Shown piece by piece: positions 55,289 through 63,945 of a DNA stretch of 64,000 nucleotides. Numbering within the stretch: position 1 is the first letter of the stretch; every line of letters begins with the position of its first letter. The notes below the pieces were generated by a model. It did not search any database. It saw only the letters and a list, made by a program, of their open reading frames with translations, and was not told the origin of the DNA. The stretch comes from a virus. Taxonomy: Duplodnaviria; Caudoviricetes. Position numbers and translations under genes: made by a program. Location of the stretch: positions 19,092-83,091 of IMG/VR virus record IMGVR_UViG_3300042352_000969. One strand, written 5' to 3'.

Positions 55289-56149
55289 ATGAACATATCA
55301 GTAAATTTTACTAACGAAATTCGTGCTGCAAAAGACAAGAAAGCTCTTAATAAACCTTTTAGAACATCAAAAGGCCCTAAAAAGTTTTCTGTTTACGTCA
55401 AAAACGAGAAAGGCAATATTGTAAAAGTTAATTTTGGCGATCCAAATATGGAGATCAAACGCGACGATCCCGCTCGTAGAAAGAGTTTTCGCGCTAGACA
55501 TCAATGCGATACAAACCCCGGTCCTCGTTGGAAAGCTAGATATTGGTCATGTAAAATGTGGGAATCAAAGAAGTCTGTAACTGATTATACTTCTAAAGGT
55601 GGAGTCGATGATGTTGTTCATCAATGGGATGGCATTACCTTGTGGGAAGAATCTGATCTTTTAAAATTAGCTCCTCATCTAGCTCAAGCTGAAGAAATCG
55701 CTGAAGAAATAGAAACTGAATCCGAAGATATAAACGAAGACGCTTCTGAAATGGCAATCGCGCAATTGGCTTATATTTCAGACTATTCTAAAGATTTGCT
55801 CGATAAACTTAACGCTAATCCTAAGATGTCTGAAGCGATTGAACCTTGGGTTCAAAGCAAAATTACTTTAATGGAGGATTATTTATTTGCTGTTTATAAT
55901 TATCTTGTATATTCTCAAAAAGCAGAAGAAGATAAAAACGTAATTGAAGCTGGAATGAGAATTCTAAACATCAACGCTTCATGCAAACATTACAATAGCG
56001 AAGGAATCATTAAAGAAATTAAAGATCTTCCTGATGACATGGGAAAAATAATTGCTTATGAAGTTATCAATGATGGGCAAACTTTTAAGAAGGGCGATAT
56101 TTTAACAAAAACAATAGATCAAATCAAAATCCTAGAAGGTAATAAATAA
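55289..56149 (+). CDS. Multi-domain phage protein, putative head internal / scaffold-associated
   Basis: Basic N-terminal domain (NKPFRT...FGDPNMEIKRDDPARRKSFRARHQC...ARYWSCKMW), acidic linker, MAIAQL...WVQSKIT motif. Confidence 0.5.
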   Translation: MNISVNFTNEIRAAKDKKALNKPFRTSKGPKKFSVYVKNEKGNIVKVNFGDPNMEIKRDDPARRKSFRARHQCDTNPGPRWKARYWSCKMWESKKSVTDYTSKGGVDDVVHQWDGITLWEESDLLKLAPHLAQAEEIAEEIETESEDINEDASEMAIAQLAYISDYSKDLLDKLNANPKMSEAIEPWVQSKITLMEDYLFAVYNYLVYSQKAEEDKNVIEAGMRILNINASCKHYNSEGIIKEIKDLPDDMGKIIAYEVINDGQTFKKGDILTKTIDQIKILEGNK

Positions 56150-56150
56150 T

Positions 56151-56681
56151 ATGAAATCAAATTTAAAATTCGATACAAAAAACCTCATAGCTGAAGTCTC
56201 CATCTCCAACATAATGGAGGAAGACGAAGCTGAAATGCATAGCGAATATATGAGCGAGTGTATGCTCAAAGACGAATCTTTGATCAACACTGCCGGAATG
56301 ACTACAAGTGATGCTAAATATATGTGCGGCATGTCATATATGAAGAATCGCTCGATGCTTACTGAAATGGCTGGTCAGTTGACAGAAAAACAAAAAACCC
56401 TACCTCCAGCACTTCAAAAAGCTATTCTAAAAAAGATGCAAAAAGAAGGCAAATTAAACGACGAAGGCAAGAAAGAAGCTGGCGAATCACCAGAAGCTGA
56501 AAAGTCTGAAGCTGCTCAAGTAGCCGTTTTTCCAGAAACCCCTACCGCTCCATCAGGAAATATTACTCCAGATGCAGCCATCGAAGGCTTAAGTATAGAC
56601 GAAAAACTAAAATTGCAACAGCAAAAATCCGCTATTAAAAACCCTGATCTTCAGAGTGCTGGCTTCAACCCAAAAGCTTAA
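56151..56681 (+). CDS. Hypothetical protein, 176 aa
   Basis: Last gene before a strong terminator; contains LTEKQKTLPPALQKAIL. Confidence 0.6.
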   Translation: MKSNLKFDTKNLIAEVSISNIMEEDEAEMHSEYMSECMLKDESLINTAGMTTSDAKYMCGMSYMKNRSMLTEMAGQLTEKQKTLPPALQKAILKKMQKEGKLNDEGKKEAGESPEAEKSEAAQVAVFPETPTAPSGNITPDAAIEGLSIDEKLKLQQQKSAIKNPDLQSAGFNPKA

Positions 56682-56700
56682 TAAAAAATAAATCAAAATA

Positions 56701-56726
56701 AACCGCTGGGAAACCAGCGGTTTTTT
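56701..56726 (+). terminator. Intrinsic terminator
   Basis: AACCGCTGG-GAAA-CCAGCGGTT-TTTT. Confidence 0.9.
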
Positions 56727-56730
56727 GCTG

Positions 56731-56758
56731 TTGACATCTCTGGTTTTCATGCTACCCT
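56731..56758 (+). promoter_or_regulatory. Sigma70-type promoter with extended -10
   Basis: TTGACA-16nt-TACCCT with TGC before the -10; 7 nt to ATG 56766. Confidence 0.75.
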
Positions 56759-56765
56759 ATCGAGG

Positions 56766-57086
56766 ATGAATAAAAGAGAGTTGCTAAGAAAGCTTTTGCA
56801 TATTCCTCAAAAAGTGCCTGTTTCATTTTGGGGAAAACAGTTTAGAATATTAAATTCTCTACTAAAGAAGTTTCCTGATTTAAAATTCTGGGAACAGCTT
56901 GTCGTAGTTAAAGTCAATTGTTTGACTTTATATGCAGGAGAAGACGCGAACGGTATCGCAGATAAATATAAGAAATATATTTTTCAACCTGAATTCAAAA
57001 ATACAGAAGTTCAGATTGGCGAAAAGACTGGACAAGACTACAATATTAGTATAAAACCTAAGACAGTTAAAGACTTTTTAAAATGA
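56766..57086 (+). CDS. Hypothetical protein, 106 aa
   Basis: First gene of the replication / recombination operon. Confidence 0.65.
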   Translation: MNKRELLRKLLHIPQKVPVSFWGKQFRILNSLLKKFPDLKFWEQLVVVKVNCLTLYAGEDANGIADKYKKYIFQPEFKNTEVQIGEKTGQDYNISIKPKTVKDFLK

Positions 57087-58261
57087 CTAAGAAAACAAAA
57101 GAAGTAAAAGTAGAAACAGAAAGCGGCAAAATAATCACTTCTCAAGATCAACTAAAAAGTTTCTTGAAGAACAATAAAGATTCGCATTATAATTTTGAAG
57201 AGAGTATAGAGTATAAAATTTCTAGCGGAAGCCTTCTTCTTGATTACTTTTTAAATGGTGGCATTGGTACTGGGCTGCATCGTTTCTGCGGCATCAATGA
57301 AGGCGGCAAAACTAGCTGTGCGCTTCAATTCATGAAGAACTTCTTAGATCAACCTAAGAAGCGTAAGGGCTTTTATATTAAAGCTGAAGGGCGATTGAGC
57401 AAGGAGATGATTGCCCGTTCTGGAGTTAAATTTGTATTTAATGATGACGAATGGGTGGAAGGCACATGTTTTGTATTTGAATCTAATATTCATGAAACAG
57501 TATTTGATTCAATGCGAGAACTAGTCGGAAAAAACGATGAAAAGATTCAATATTTCTTTTTACTCGATTCTGTCGATGGCTTGATTCGTAAAGGTGATTT
57601 AGAAAAGACTTTTGAAGAATCTCAAAAAGTTGCCGGTGGCGCAGTTATTGCCGCCGATCTAATGAAGCGCATGTCCATTGCGTTGCAAAAACGCGGTCAT
57701 GTTGCGGTATTCGTTTCTCAAGTTCGCGCTGATATCAAGCTCGATCCTTATAGCAAGGCTCCAATTCGCCAAACTACAGCTACAGGCGGAAACGCTTTAC
57801 TACATTTTGCTAATTGGATTTTTGAATTTGATTCTCGCTTCAAGGGTGATTTGATTCTTGAAGATCCCACCGCTTCTTATGACGAACAAAAGAATCCTTA
57901 TCTAGGTCATTTTGTAAAAATTATAGTTAAAAAGTCGCCAAATGAAAGAACTAACTGTACTATTCGTTATCCTATTAAGTACGGAAGAAAGAACGGAACG
58001 TCAAATTGGATCGAAAAGGAAATCTTTGACTTTCTAACTATGTGGGAGATCGCCATTAAAAAGGGAGCTTGGATTAGTTTCGACGAAGAGTTTCTGAATA
58101 TTCTAAAAGAAGCTGGGTTCACAGACTTTCCTGCTCAGATTCAAGGGTCTGCTAAATTTGAACAGATGGTCAACAACAACGAAAAGTTGAAATCGTTTTT
58201 CTTTAAATACATCAGTGAAAACTTATTAAATTTTGGCGATGGAATTTCTATCACTGAGTAA
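57083..58261 (+). CDS. recA: RecA / UvsX-like recombinase
   Basis: ISSGSLLLD, Walker A GINEGGKT, Walker B LLDSV, VSQVRADI, TGGNALLHFA. Confidence 0.9.
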   Translation: MTKKTKEVKVETESGKIITSQDQLKSFLKNNKDSHYNFEESIEYKISSGSLLLDYFLNGGIGTGLHRFCGINEGGKTSCALQFMKNFLDQPKKRKGFYIKAEGRLSKEMIARSGVKFVFNDDEWVEGTCFVFESNIHETVFDSMRELVGKNDEKIQYFFLLDSVDGLIRKGDLEKTFEESQKVAGGAVIAADLMKRMSIALQKRGHVAVFVSQVRADIKLDPYSKAPIRQTTATGGNALLHFANWIFEFDSRFKGDLILEDPTASYDEQKNPYLGHFVKIIVKKSPNERTNCTIRYPIKYGRKNGTSNWIEKEIFDFLTMWEIAIKKGAWISFDEEFLNILKEAGFTDFPAQIQGSAKFEQMVNNNEKLKSFFFKYISENLLNFGDGISITE

Positions 58262-58646
58262 TAAAAAAAGACGTTGCAAGAATGCTCGCAATTATTTAAT
58301 TGATTGGAGCGCGAATAGTCGTAGTAAATTTCAAACAGAAGCTAAGAAATTTTTAAGCAACTATTGGCAACAGAATATTGTGTTTGAAGAGTTTCCAATA
58401 GTTGGAACTCGTCTTACCTTGGACTTTTATAACGCTAATAAAAAGATAGCTATAGAAGTTCAAGGCAGACAACACACTGGATTTGTTAAGTTCTTCCATA
58501 CAAATAGAATGAATTTTCTTCATCAACTCGATAGAGATAAGAAAAAAGAACGTTTTTGTAAACTTAACAAAATTACACTTGTAACTATATTTGAAAACGA
58601 TACTATAAATAAAGAGCTTTTCGAGAGTCAAGGTGTAATATTATAA
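58233..58646 (+). CDS. DUF559 / Vsr-like endonuclease
   Basis: EEFPI...LDFY...IAIEVQGRQH...DRDKKKERFC. Confidence 0.75.
   Translation: MAMEFLSLSNKKRRCKNARNYLIDWSANSRSKFQTEAKKFLSNYWQQNIVFEEFPIVGTRLTLDFYNANKKIAIEVQGRQHTGFVKFFHTNRMNFLHQLDRDKKKERFCKLNKITLVTIFENDTINKELFESQGVIL
58633..58638 (+). promoter_or_regulatory. GTGTAA promoter motif, 9 nt upstream of ATG 58648
   Basis: AGGTGTAA-TATTATAAT-ATG. Confidence 0.65.
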
Positions 58647-58647
58647 T

Positions 58648-58908
58648 ATGAAGAGAGATTCACAATCAGAGAATTTTAAACAGTTTAAAATTCCTGAAAA
58701 CTATTTTAATAAACTCTATGAGTTTACTGGTTCCGATGAGTCCTCCAAAGGATTTATAGTGGCTTACGTCTCTCAAGATGGATGCCCAATGATTTATACC
58801 AAAGTCTCCAACCCAATCGTTGAAATGGGACTCGTCAAAGCTCTCGAAAAATATTTAAACGAAGTGAACAATAGTCAAGATTCGATTGACATCACCGATG
58901 AAGAGTGA
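58648..58908 (+). CDS. Hypothetical protein, 86 aa
   Basis: Clean ORF between the nuclease and the helicase. Confidence 0.65.
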   Translation: MKRDSQSENFKQFKIPENYFNKLYEFTGSDESSKGFIVAYVSQDGCPMIYTKVSNPIVEMGLVKALEKYLNEVNNSQDSIDITDEE

Positions 58909-58914
58909 TAATGT
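58886..58914 (+). promoter_or_regulatory. Sigma70-type promoter with extended -10 for dnaB
   Basis: TTGACA-17nt-TAATGT with TGA before the -10; 9 nt to ATG 58924. Confidence 0.7.
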
Positions 58915-58923
58915 GCGGTTGGC

Positions 58924-60438
58924 ATGATTTATTCGTATGATTTAGAGACTCAGTTGCTTGCTGGATTGATTAAATATCCAGAACGATATTCAGATGTCGC
59001 TGTTTTTATAACTGAAAAAGACTTTTGGAGCGAAAGTTCCAAAATTAATAGAACTATCTTTTGCGTGCTTCGTCAAGCAATCGATAACGGAGAAAAAATT
59101 GATGATGTAGTTATTTCTCAAAGAGTAAAGAACTTTGGAGTAACTTTCGAAGATAATATCAATCCATCAGATTATATTGAATCACTATCTCTTAAAAAGC
59201 TATCTCCAGAATCAATTATTAGCGTTGCTAAAGAATTAAAGAAATACACTATACGTCGCGAAATAGCGATGTGTGGAGCAGAAATAAACAAGAAGATGAA
59301 GTCAATATCTCCATCTTCTGATTACAACGTCATTATCGAGACCGCTGATAAGCTTTATAATGATCAGATCAATTTGTACGAAACTGGCAGCGATCAGCCA
59401 GAAAACATCTTTTCTGAAATGGAAGCTCTTATTGAAGAGCGAGGAAACAATCCAGTTACAGAATTTGGATTTGCTGGGCCTCATCCTAAAATTCAAGATA
59501 TGTACGGCTCTCTTTTGAGACCGGGTAATATCACAGTTATTGTAGCTCGTTCAGGCGTAGGTAAAACTCAATTCTGTTTAGATTTCACTACAAAAGTATC
59601 TGAACAATACGAAGTTCCAGTTCTTCATTTTGATAATGGAGAAATGAGCAAAGAAGAACTTATTTTTAGACAATGCGCTGCAATGTCTAAAGTTCCAATG
59701 TATCTACTAGAAAGCGGCAACTGGCGAAAGGCTGGCGCAGAAGTTGTAGATAATGTTAGAGCAGTATGGAACACCATCAATAAACGCTACAAGCATTTAT
59801 ATTATTATAATGTAGGCGGAATGAGCGTTGATGCTCAGATCAGCGTTTTAAAAAGATTCTACTACTCCAAGATAGGTCGTGGAAATCCTATGATTTTTAG
59901 TTTTGATTATATTAAAACTACAAGCGAAAGCGGAGGTAATAAAACAGAATGGCAACTTGTTGGAGAAATGGTCGATAAATATAAACGCTGCATTCAGAAA
60001 GATATAGTAAGCGACAAAGGACCATGTATATCAATGATGACTTCTGTACAGTCTAATCGCGCAGGTATTGTCACGAACAAAAATTCATCAAGTATAACTG
60101 ATGACGAAAGCATTGTTTCTCTTTCTGATCGTATTACTCAATTCTCATCTCACATGTTTATTCTAAGACAGAAAACATCTGATGAATTACAGAACGAAGT
60201 CAGCTTCGGAACTCATAAGTTTATCAACGTGAAAGCTCGCCATCTTGGCAAAGATATTGCAGGAGCTATTAATCCAGTAAAGCTCGCAGACGGTACTCTT
60301 AAAAAGAATTTTGTTAATCTTGAGATCGCTAACTTCTGTGTTTCAGAAAAAGGTGATTACAGAGATATAGTGGACGCTCTCGGTGCTAATGCAAATGTAA
60401 TTAAAGATAACGATGACGACGTACCTAACCTCCATTAA
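58924..60438 (+). CDS. dnaB: Replicative DNA helicase
   Basis: N-terminal ETQLLAGLI domain, VARSGVGKT, HFDNGEM, SFDYIK, SVQSNR, LSDRITQ. Confidence 0.9.
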   Translation: MIYSYDLETQLLAGLIKYPERYSDVAVFITEKDFWSESSKINRTIFCVLRQAIDNGEKIDDVVISQRVKNFGVTFEDNINPSDYIESLSLKKLSPESIISVAKELKKYTIRREIAMCGAEINKKMKSISPSSDYNVIIETADKLYNDQINLYETGSDQPENIFSEMEALIEERGNNPVTEFGFAGPHPKIQDMYGSLLRPGNITVIVARSGVGKTQFCLDFTTKVSEQYEVPVLHFDNGEMSKEELIFRQCAAMSKVPMYLLESGNWRKAGAEVVDNVRAVWNTINKRYKHLYYYNVGGMSVDAQISVLKRFYYSKIGRGNPMIFSFDYIKTTSESGGNKTEWQLVGEMVDKYKRCIQKDIVSDKGPCISMMTSVQSNRAGIVTNKNSSSITDDESIVSLSDRITQFSSHMFILRQKTSDELQNEVSFGTHKFINVKARHLGKDIAGAINPVKLADGTLKKNFVNLEIANFCVSEKGDYRDIVDALGANANVIKDNDDDVPNLH

Positions 60439-61492
60439 CAATCGAGCGGAAGTTATAGAAAAAACTTTGATTGATTTAGGATATCAATTATCAGATCGCG
60501 GCAAGTATTGGCAATGTAATGCTATTTATCGTGATGGCGACAACAGAACCGCTTTACAAATTTGGAAAGACACTGGAATCTGGAAAGATTTCGTTGCTAA
60601 CACAACATATCAACCTTTTAAAAGATTACTTGAACTATCTTGTAAAGATGATTCTAAAATAGATGAAATTTTACATTCAATTAAGAACAACAACGATCCT
60701 TGTATAGAATCAATTAGAACGCCCAAAATGGAATCAGACCAATTTTTTGACCATGAAGAAGTAAAGACATTGCTTCCTCATTATGATTTTTACAATAAAA
60801 AAGCCATAAGTTCACAAACTCTTGAGCTTTATCGATCTGGTTTTTCAATGTCTGGAAAGATGAATGGCCGATTTGTGTTTCCGATATTCGATGAAAATAA
60901 AAAAGTAATAGGTATCAGCGGAAGACATTTGCTATGGAAACCAAACAGTTCCGCTCCTAAATGGAAACATATTGGCAGAAAAGGTAATTGGATATATCCT
61001 ATAAATATTCAAGGAGAAGAAGATAATATATTCAAGAAAACTATTGAAGAAAAACGTAAAATAATTCTCGTTGAAGGAATCGGCGACAGTCTAGCTTTGT
61101 CGCAACAAGGTTATTATAATCATCTTGTTATTTTCGGTCTTGAAATCAGTTCTAAACAATTGTCATATCTAATGTCTTTGTCTGTGGACGAAATAATAAT
61201 CTCCACAAACAATGATGCCGATAAAACTGACAATCGCGGCTTGCAAGCTGCTATTAAAATATTCTTAAAACTTATCAAATATATTGATATCGATAAGGTG
61301 AAAATCATGCTTCCCATCTGTAAAGATTTCGGTGAGATGTTGGAAAAAGATATTTCAATGGAAAGATGGGAAAACAAGAAAAGGAATAGAATAACTCAAG
61401 TGGAATACATTCTTGACTATGTGTATAATAACGACAAGGATAAGAAGGTTATTTCTATTCTTAAAGATTACCTAGAAAGCTTAAACCTTTGA
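60413..61492 (+). CDS. dnaG: DNA primase (Toprim) with a degenerate zinc-binding domain
   Basis: GRFVFPIFD...IGISGR, KWKH, ILVEGIGDSLAL, STNNDAD, KDFGEM. Confidence 0.85.
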   Translation: MTTYLTSINNRAEVIEKTLIDLGYQLSDRGKYWQCNAIYRDGDNRTALQIWKDTGIWKDFVANTTYQPFKRLLELSCKDDSKIDEILHSIKNNNDPCIESIRTPKMESDQFFDHEEVKTLLPHYDFYNKKAISSQTLELYRSGFSMSGKMNGRFVFPIFDENKKVIGISGRHLLWKPNSSAPKWKHIGRKGNWIYPINIQGEEDNIFKKTIEEKRKIILVEGIGDSLALSQQGYYNHLVIFGLEISSKQLSYLMSLSVDEIIISTNNDADKTDNRGLQAAIKIFLKLIKYIDIDKVKIMLPICKDFGEMLEKDISMERWENKKRNRITQVEYILDYVYNNDKDKKVISILKDYLESLNL

Positions 61493-62547
61493 AAGAAACA
61501 TTATCAGCCAGCAAAATTAAAACGCTAAAATCCTGCTCATGGCAGTATTGGTGCAAATATATTTTAAAACTTCCAGACAAGACTAACTCTGGAGCTTTGA
61601 TTGGAGATACTGTTCATATTATTCTTGAATGCCTTGGCTCTGCAAGACACAAGAGTCATTACAATAAGATAGTAAAGAATAAAGATATTTTTGCATCTAA
61701 AGCTATAAAAAGAATGGTGCATAAACACATTAAGAGAAAAAATCTTAATGAGACCACTGATTTAGAAAACATTCGTTTAATGGCTTTGAACGGTTTGACT
61801 TACGATTTCTTCGGAAAGAAATACGGCGAACCTACAGAAGTTGTGTCAGAAAAAGATTTTGAAATAGTTGTCCAAGAAGAAGGCATTGAATACAAAATAA
61901 AAGGATTTATAGATAAACTTTTTATCTATGGAAATCATGGAGTCGTACTAATAAGAGACTTCAAAACAAATAAAAAGAAATACGAAGGCAAAGAAGTTAC
62001 TGATAATCTACAAGATTACATGTACACGCTTGCTATTAGAAAGCTTTACCCTGAATTAAAAGATGTAAAAATGGAATTCTTGTTTTTGAAACAAGATTTA
62101 AATGATGGTGGAGCCATGCCAATGCATCCCAAAGACAAATACGAGCTTTTGGGTTTTGAGCATGAGTTAAGTGGTTATCAAAAATATGCTGATTCTTTTG
62201 TGGAAAAGACCGCTACATCTAACATGGCCGCGAATCAAGGAATGCCAAAAGATGGCAGCTTTTCAGGAAAACTTTTATGTGGTTTCGCTAAAGAGCCTAA
62301 TCAGATTAAAAAAGATGGAACCCCAATGTGGTATTGCACATATAAATTTGGATTTGATTATTATGCGATTGTAGACAAAGATAATAAGATTAAAAAATCT
62401 GCATTCACAAAAAAAGAACTAGAGAAAATAAAGCTTCAAGAAGGAGACAAGATAATAAAAAACAAATACGATGGATGTCCTTGTTTTAAACCTAAACCTG
62501 CTGAAACTCCTGATGATTTTGATGCTTTCGACCTTGACAAGTTTTAG
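61489..62547 (+). CDS. PD-(D/E)xK exonuclease, RecB / AddB / Cas4-like
   Basis: LSASKI...C, GDTVHIILE, KGFIDKL, IRDFKT, QDYMY, C-terminal Cys residues. TTG start. Confidence 0.85.
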   Translation: MKETLSASKIKTLKSCSWQYWCKYILKLPDKTNSGALIGDTVHIILECLGSARHKSHYNKIVKNKDIFASKAIKRMVHKHIKRKNLNETTDLENIRLMALNGLTYDFFGKKYGEPTEVVSEKDFEIVVQEEGIEYKIKGFIDKLFIYGNHGVVLIRDFKTNKKKYEGKEVTDNLQDYMYTLAIRKLYPELKDVKMEFLFLKQDLNDGGAMPMHPKDKYELLGFEHELSGYQKYADSFVEKTATSNMAANQGMPKDGSFSGKLLCGFAKEPNQIKKDGTPMWYCTYKFGFDYYAIVDKDNKIKKSAFTKKELEKIKLQEGDKIIKNKYDGCPCFKPKPAETPDDFDAFDLDKF

Positions 62548-62561
62548 TCTTTTGCTAAAGT
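62534..62561 (+). promoter_or_regulatory. Sigma70-type promoter with extended -10
   Basis: TTGACA-16nt-TAAAGT with TGC before the -10; 9 nt to ATG 62571. Confidence 0.75.
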
Positions 62562-62570
62562 GTATGCAGC

Positions 62571-63329
62571 ATGCTGCCATTGTTTAAATCACACTTTAGT
62601 ATAGGAAAATCTATACTAACTTTAGATGATCCAAAAAAAGTAACTGAAGGTGGATCAGATAGCGTTTTTAAGATCGCAAAAGATAACGATCTTAAACAAG
62701 TCATTTTAGTCGAAGATACTTTAATTGGTTTCTTTGAGGCGTACAAGCGCAGCAAAGAGATGGGCATTCAATTAATATTTGGTCTTAGATTATCAATGAG
62801 AAATTCGTCTTTGCCAGAAGACGAAGGAAGTCAACATAAGATAATCATCTTTGCAAAAGATGATCTCGGATGCAAGCTGCTTAATAAAATATATTCTAAA
62901 GCATTTTGCACTAATACTGGATTCTTAGATTATAATGATCTTAAAGACTTATGGAGCGAAGATTCTCTCAAGCTCGCTATTCCATTTTACGATTCGTTTA
63001 TTTATATAAATAACCTATCTTTCGGAAACGCCGTGCCTGATATTTCTTTTACAAAACCAACCTTATTCTTCGAAGAGAATGATTTGGCGTTAGATTTTAT
63101 TTTAAAAGAGAAGGTAAAAGAATTTTCTATTAACAATGATATCCCAATGACTAAAGTTCGTAGCATTTATTACAACAAAAAGTCAGACGTTAAAGCGTTT
63201 ATGGCTTATAAGATAATTTGTAATAGAACTTTTGGTCGAGATAGATCTTTAGATAAACCAGAACTGCCGCATTTTTGCAGCGATAAATTTAGCTTCGAAG
63301 CTTGGAAGGAAGAGAATGTTACGATTTAA
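62571..63329 (+). CDS. Stand-alone PHP domain of DNA polymerase III alpha
   Basis: LFKSHFSIGKS, LVEDTLIGF, GIQLIFGL, IIIFAKD..GCKLLNKI. No polymerase core in this ORF. Confidence 0.75.
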   Translation: MLPLFKSHFSIGKSILTLDDPKKVTEGGSDSVFKIAKDNDLKQVILVEDTLIGFFEAYKRSKEMGIQLIFGLRLSMRNSSLPEDEGSQHKIIIFAKDDLGCKLLNKIYSKAFCTNTGFLDYNDLKDLWSEDSLKLAIPFYDSFIYINNLSFGNAVPDISFTKPTLFFEENDLALDFILKEKVKEFSINNDIPMTKVRSIYYNKKSDVKAFMAYKIICNRTFGRDRSLDKPELPHFCSDKFSFEAWKEENVTI

Positions 63330-63945
63330 TAAAGAACAAAAATACATTTGCTTTGATTTTGAGACCTGCCATCTCAATCTTTTAGACAACAGCAATAAAC
63401 CTTGGCAACTAAGCTATTTAATAGCTAAAGGTAGCAACATAATTAAAGAAGTAGATAATCATATCTATTGGCCTGATTTAAAGCTTTCTGAAGGAGCCAA
63501 ACTCGTCACTCATTTTGATGAGCGCAAATATCGTTCACTAGCAGTTGATCCAAAAGAAGTGTTGGCTGCGTTTGAGGAGATCATTTATGATGATCAATAC
63601 TTAATTATAGGACAAAACCTTCTTGGTTTTGACGTTTATATCCACAACACATACAGAAGACTTCTCGGTTATAAAAGCGACTTCTCTTACGTTAAGAGGA
63701 TTATTGATACCAACTGTATCGCCAAAGCAATTAAAAAGAATCTAAAACCCCAAAGAGATTCTGATTTTACTTTCTGGCAGTATAGATTAAATGATTTTCG
63801 AGAAAAAGGCTTGAAGACCAGTATTAAAACTCAATTGAAAGAATATAAGATTGACTTTGACGAGAACATGCTACATAATTCTATGTACGACGTTCAGATG
63901 AATTTTAAGATTTTTCAGAAGCAGCTTTGGCAAATTGAAATATGA
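63316..63945 (+). CDS. dnaQ: DnaQ-like DEDDh 3'-5' exonuclease
   Basis: CFDFET, GQNLLGFD, IIDT, LHNSMYDV. Confidence 0.85.
   Translation: MLRFNKEQKYICFDFETCHLNLLDNSNKPWQLSYLIAKGSNIIKEVDNHIYWPDLKLSEGAKLVTHFDERKYRSLAVDPKEVLAAFEEIIYDDQYLIIGQNLLGFDVYIHNTYRRLLGYKSDFSYVKRIIDTNCIAKAIKKNLKPQRDSDFTFWQYRLNDFREKGLKTSIKTQLKEYKIDFDENMLHNSMYDVQMNFKIFQKQLWQIEI

Noticed and set aside
52079-60438. Inteins or introns in nrdJ, recA or dnaB
   Set aside because: Lengths are ordinary, motifs are contiguous, and I saw no C...HN splice junctions or LAGLIDADG motifs.
61489-62547. Cas4 as evidence of a CRISPR-Cas system
   Set aside because: No cas1, cas2 or array is present; the gene sits among replication genes like ordinary phage RecB-family exonucleases.
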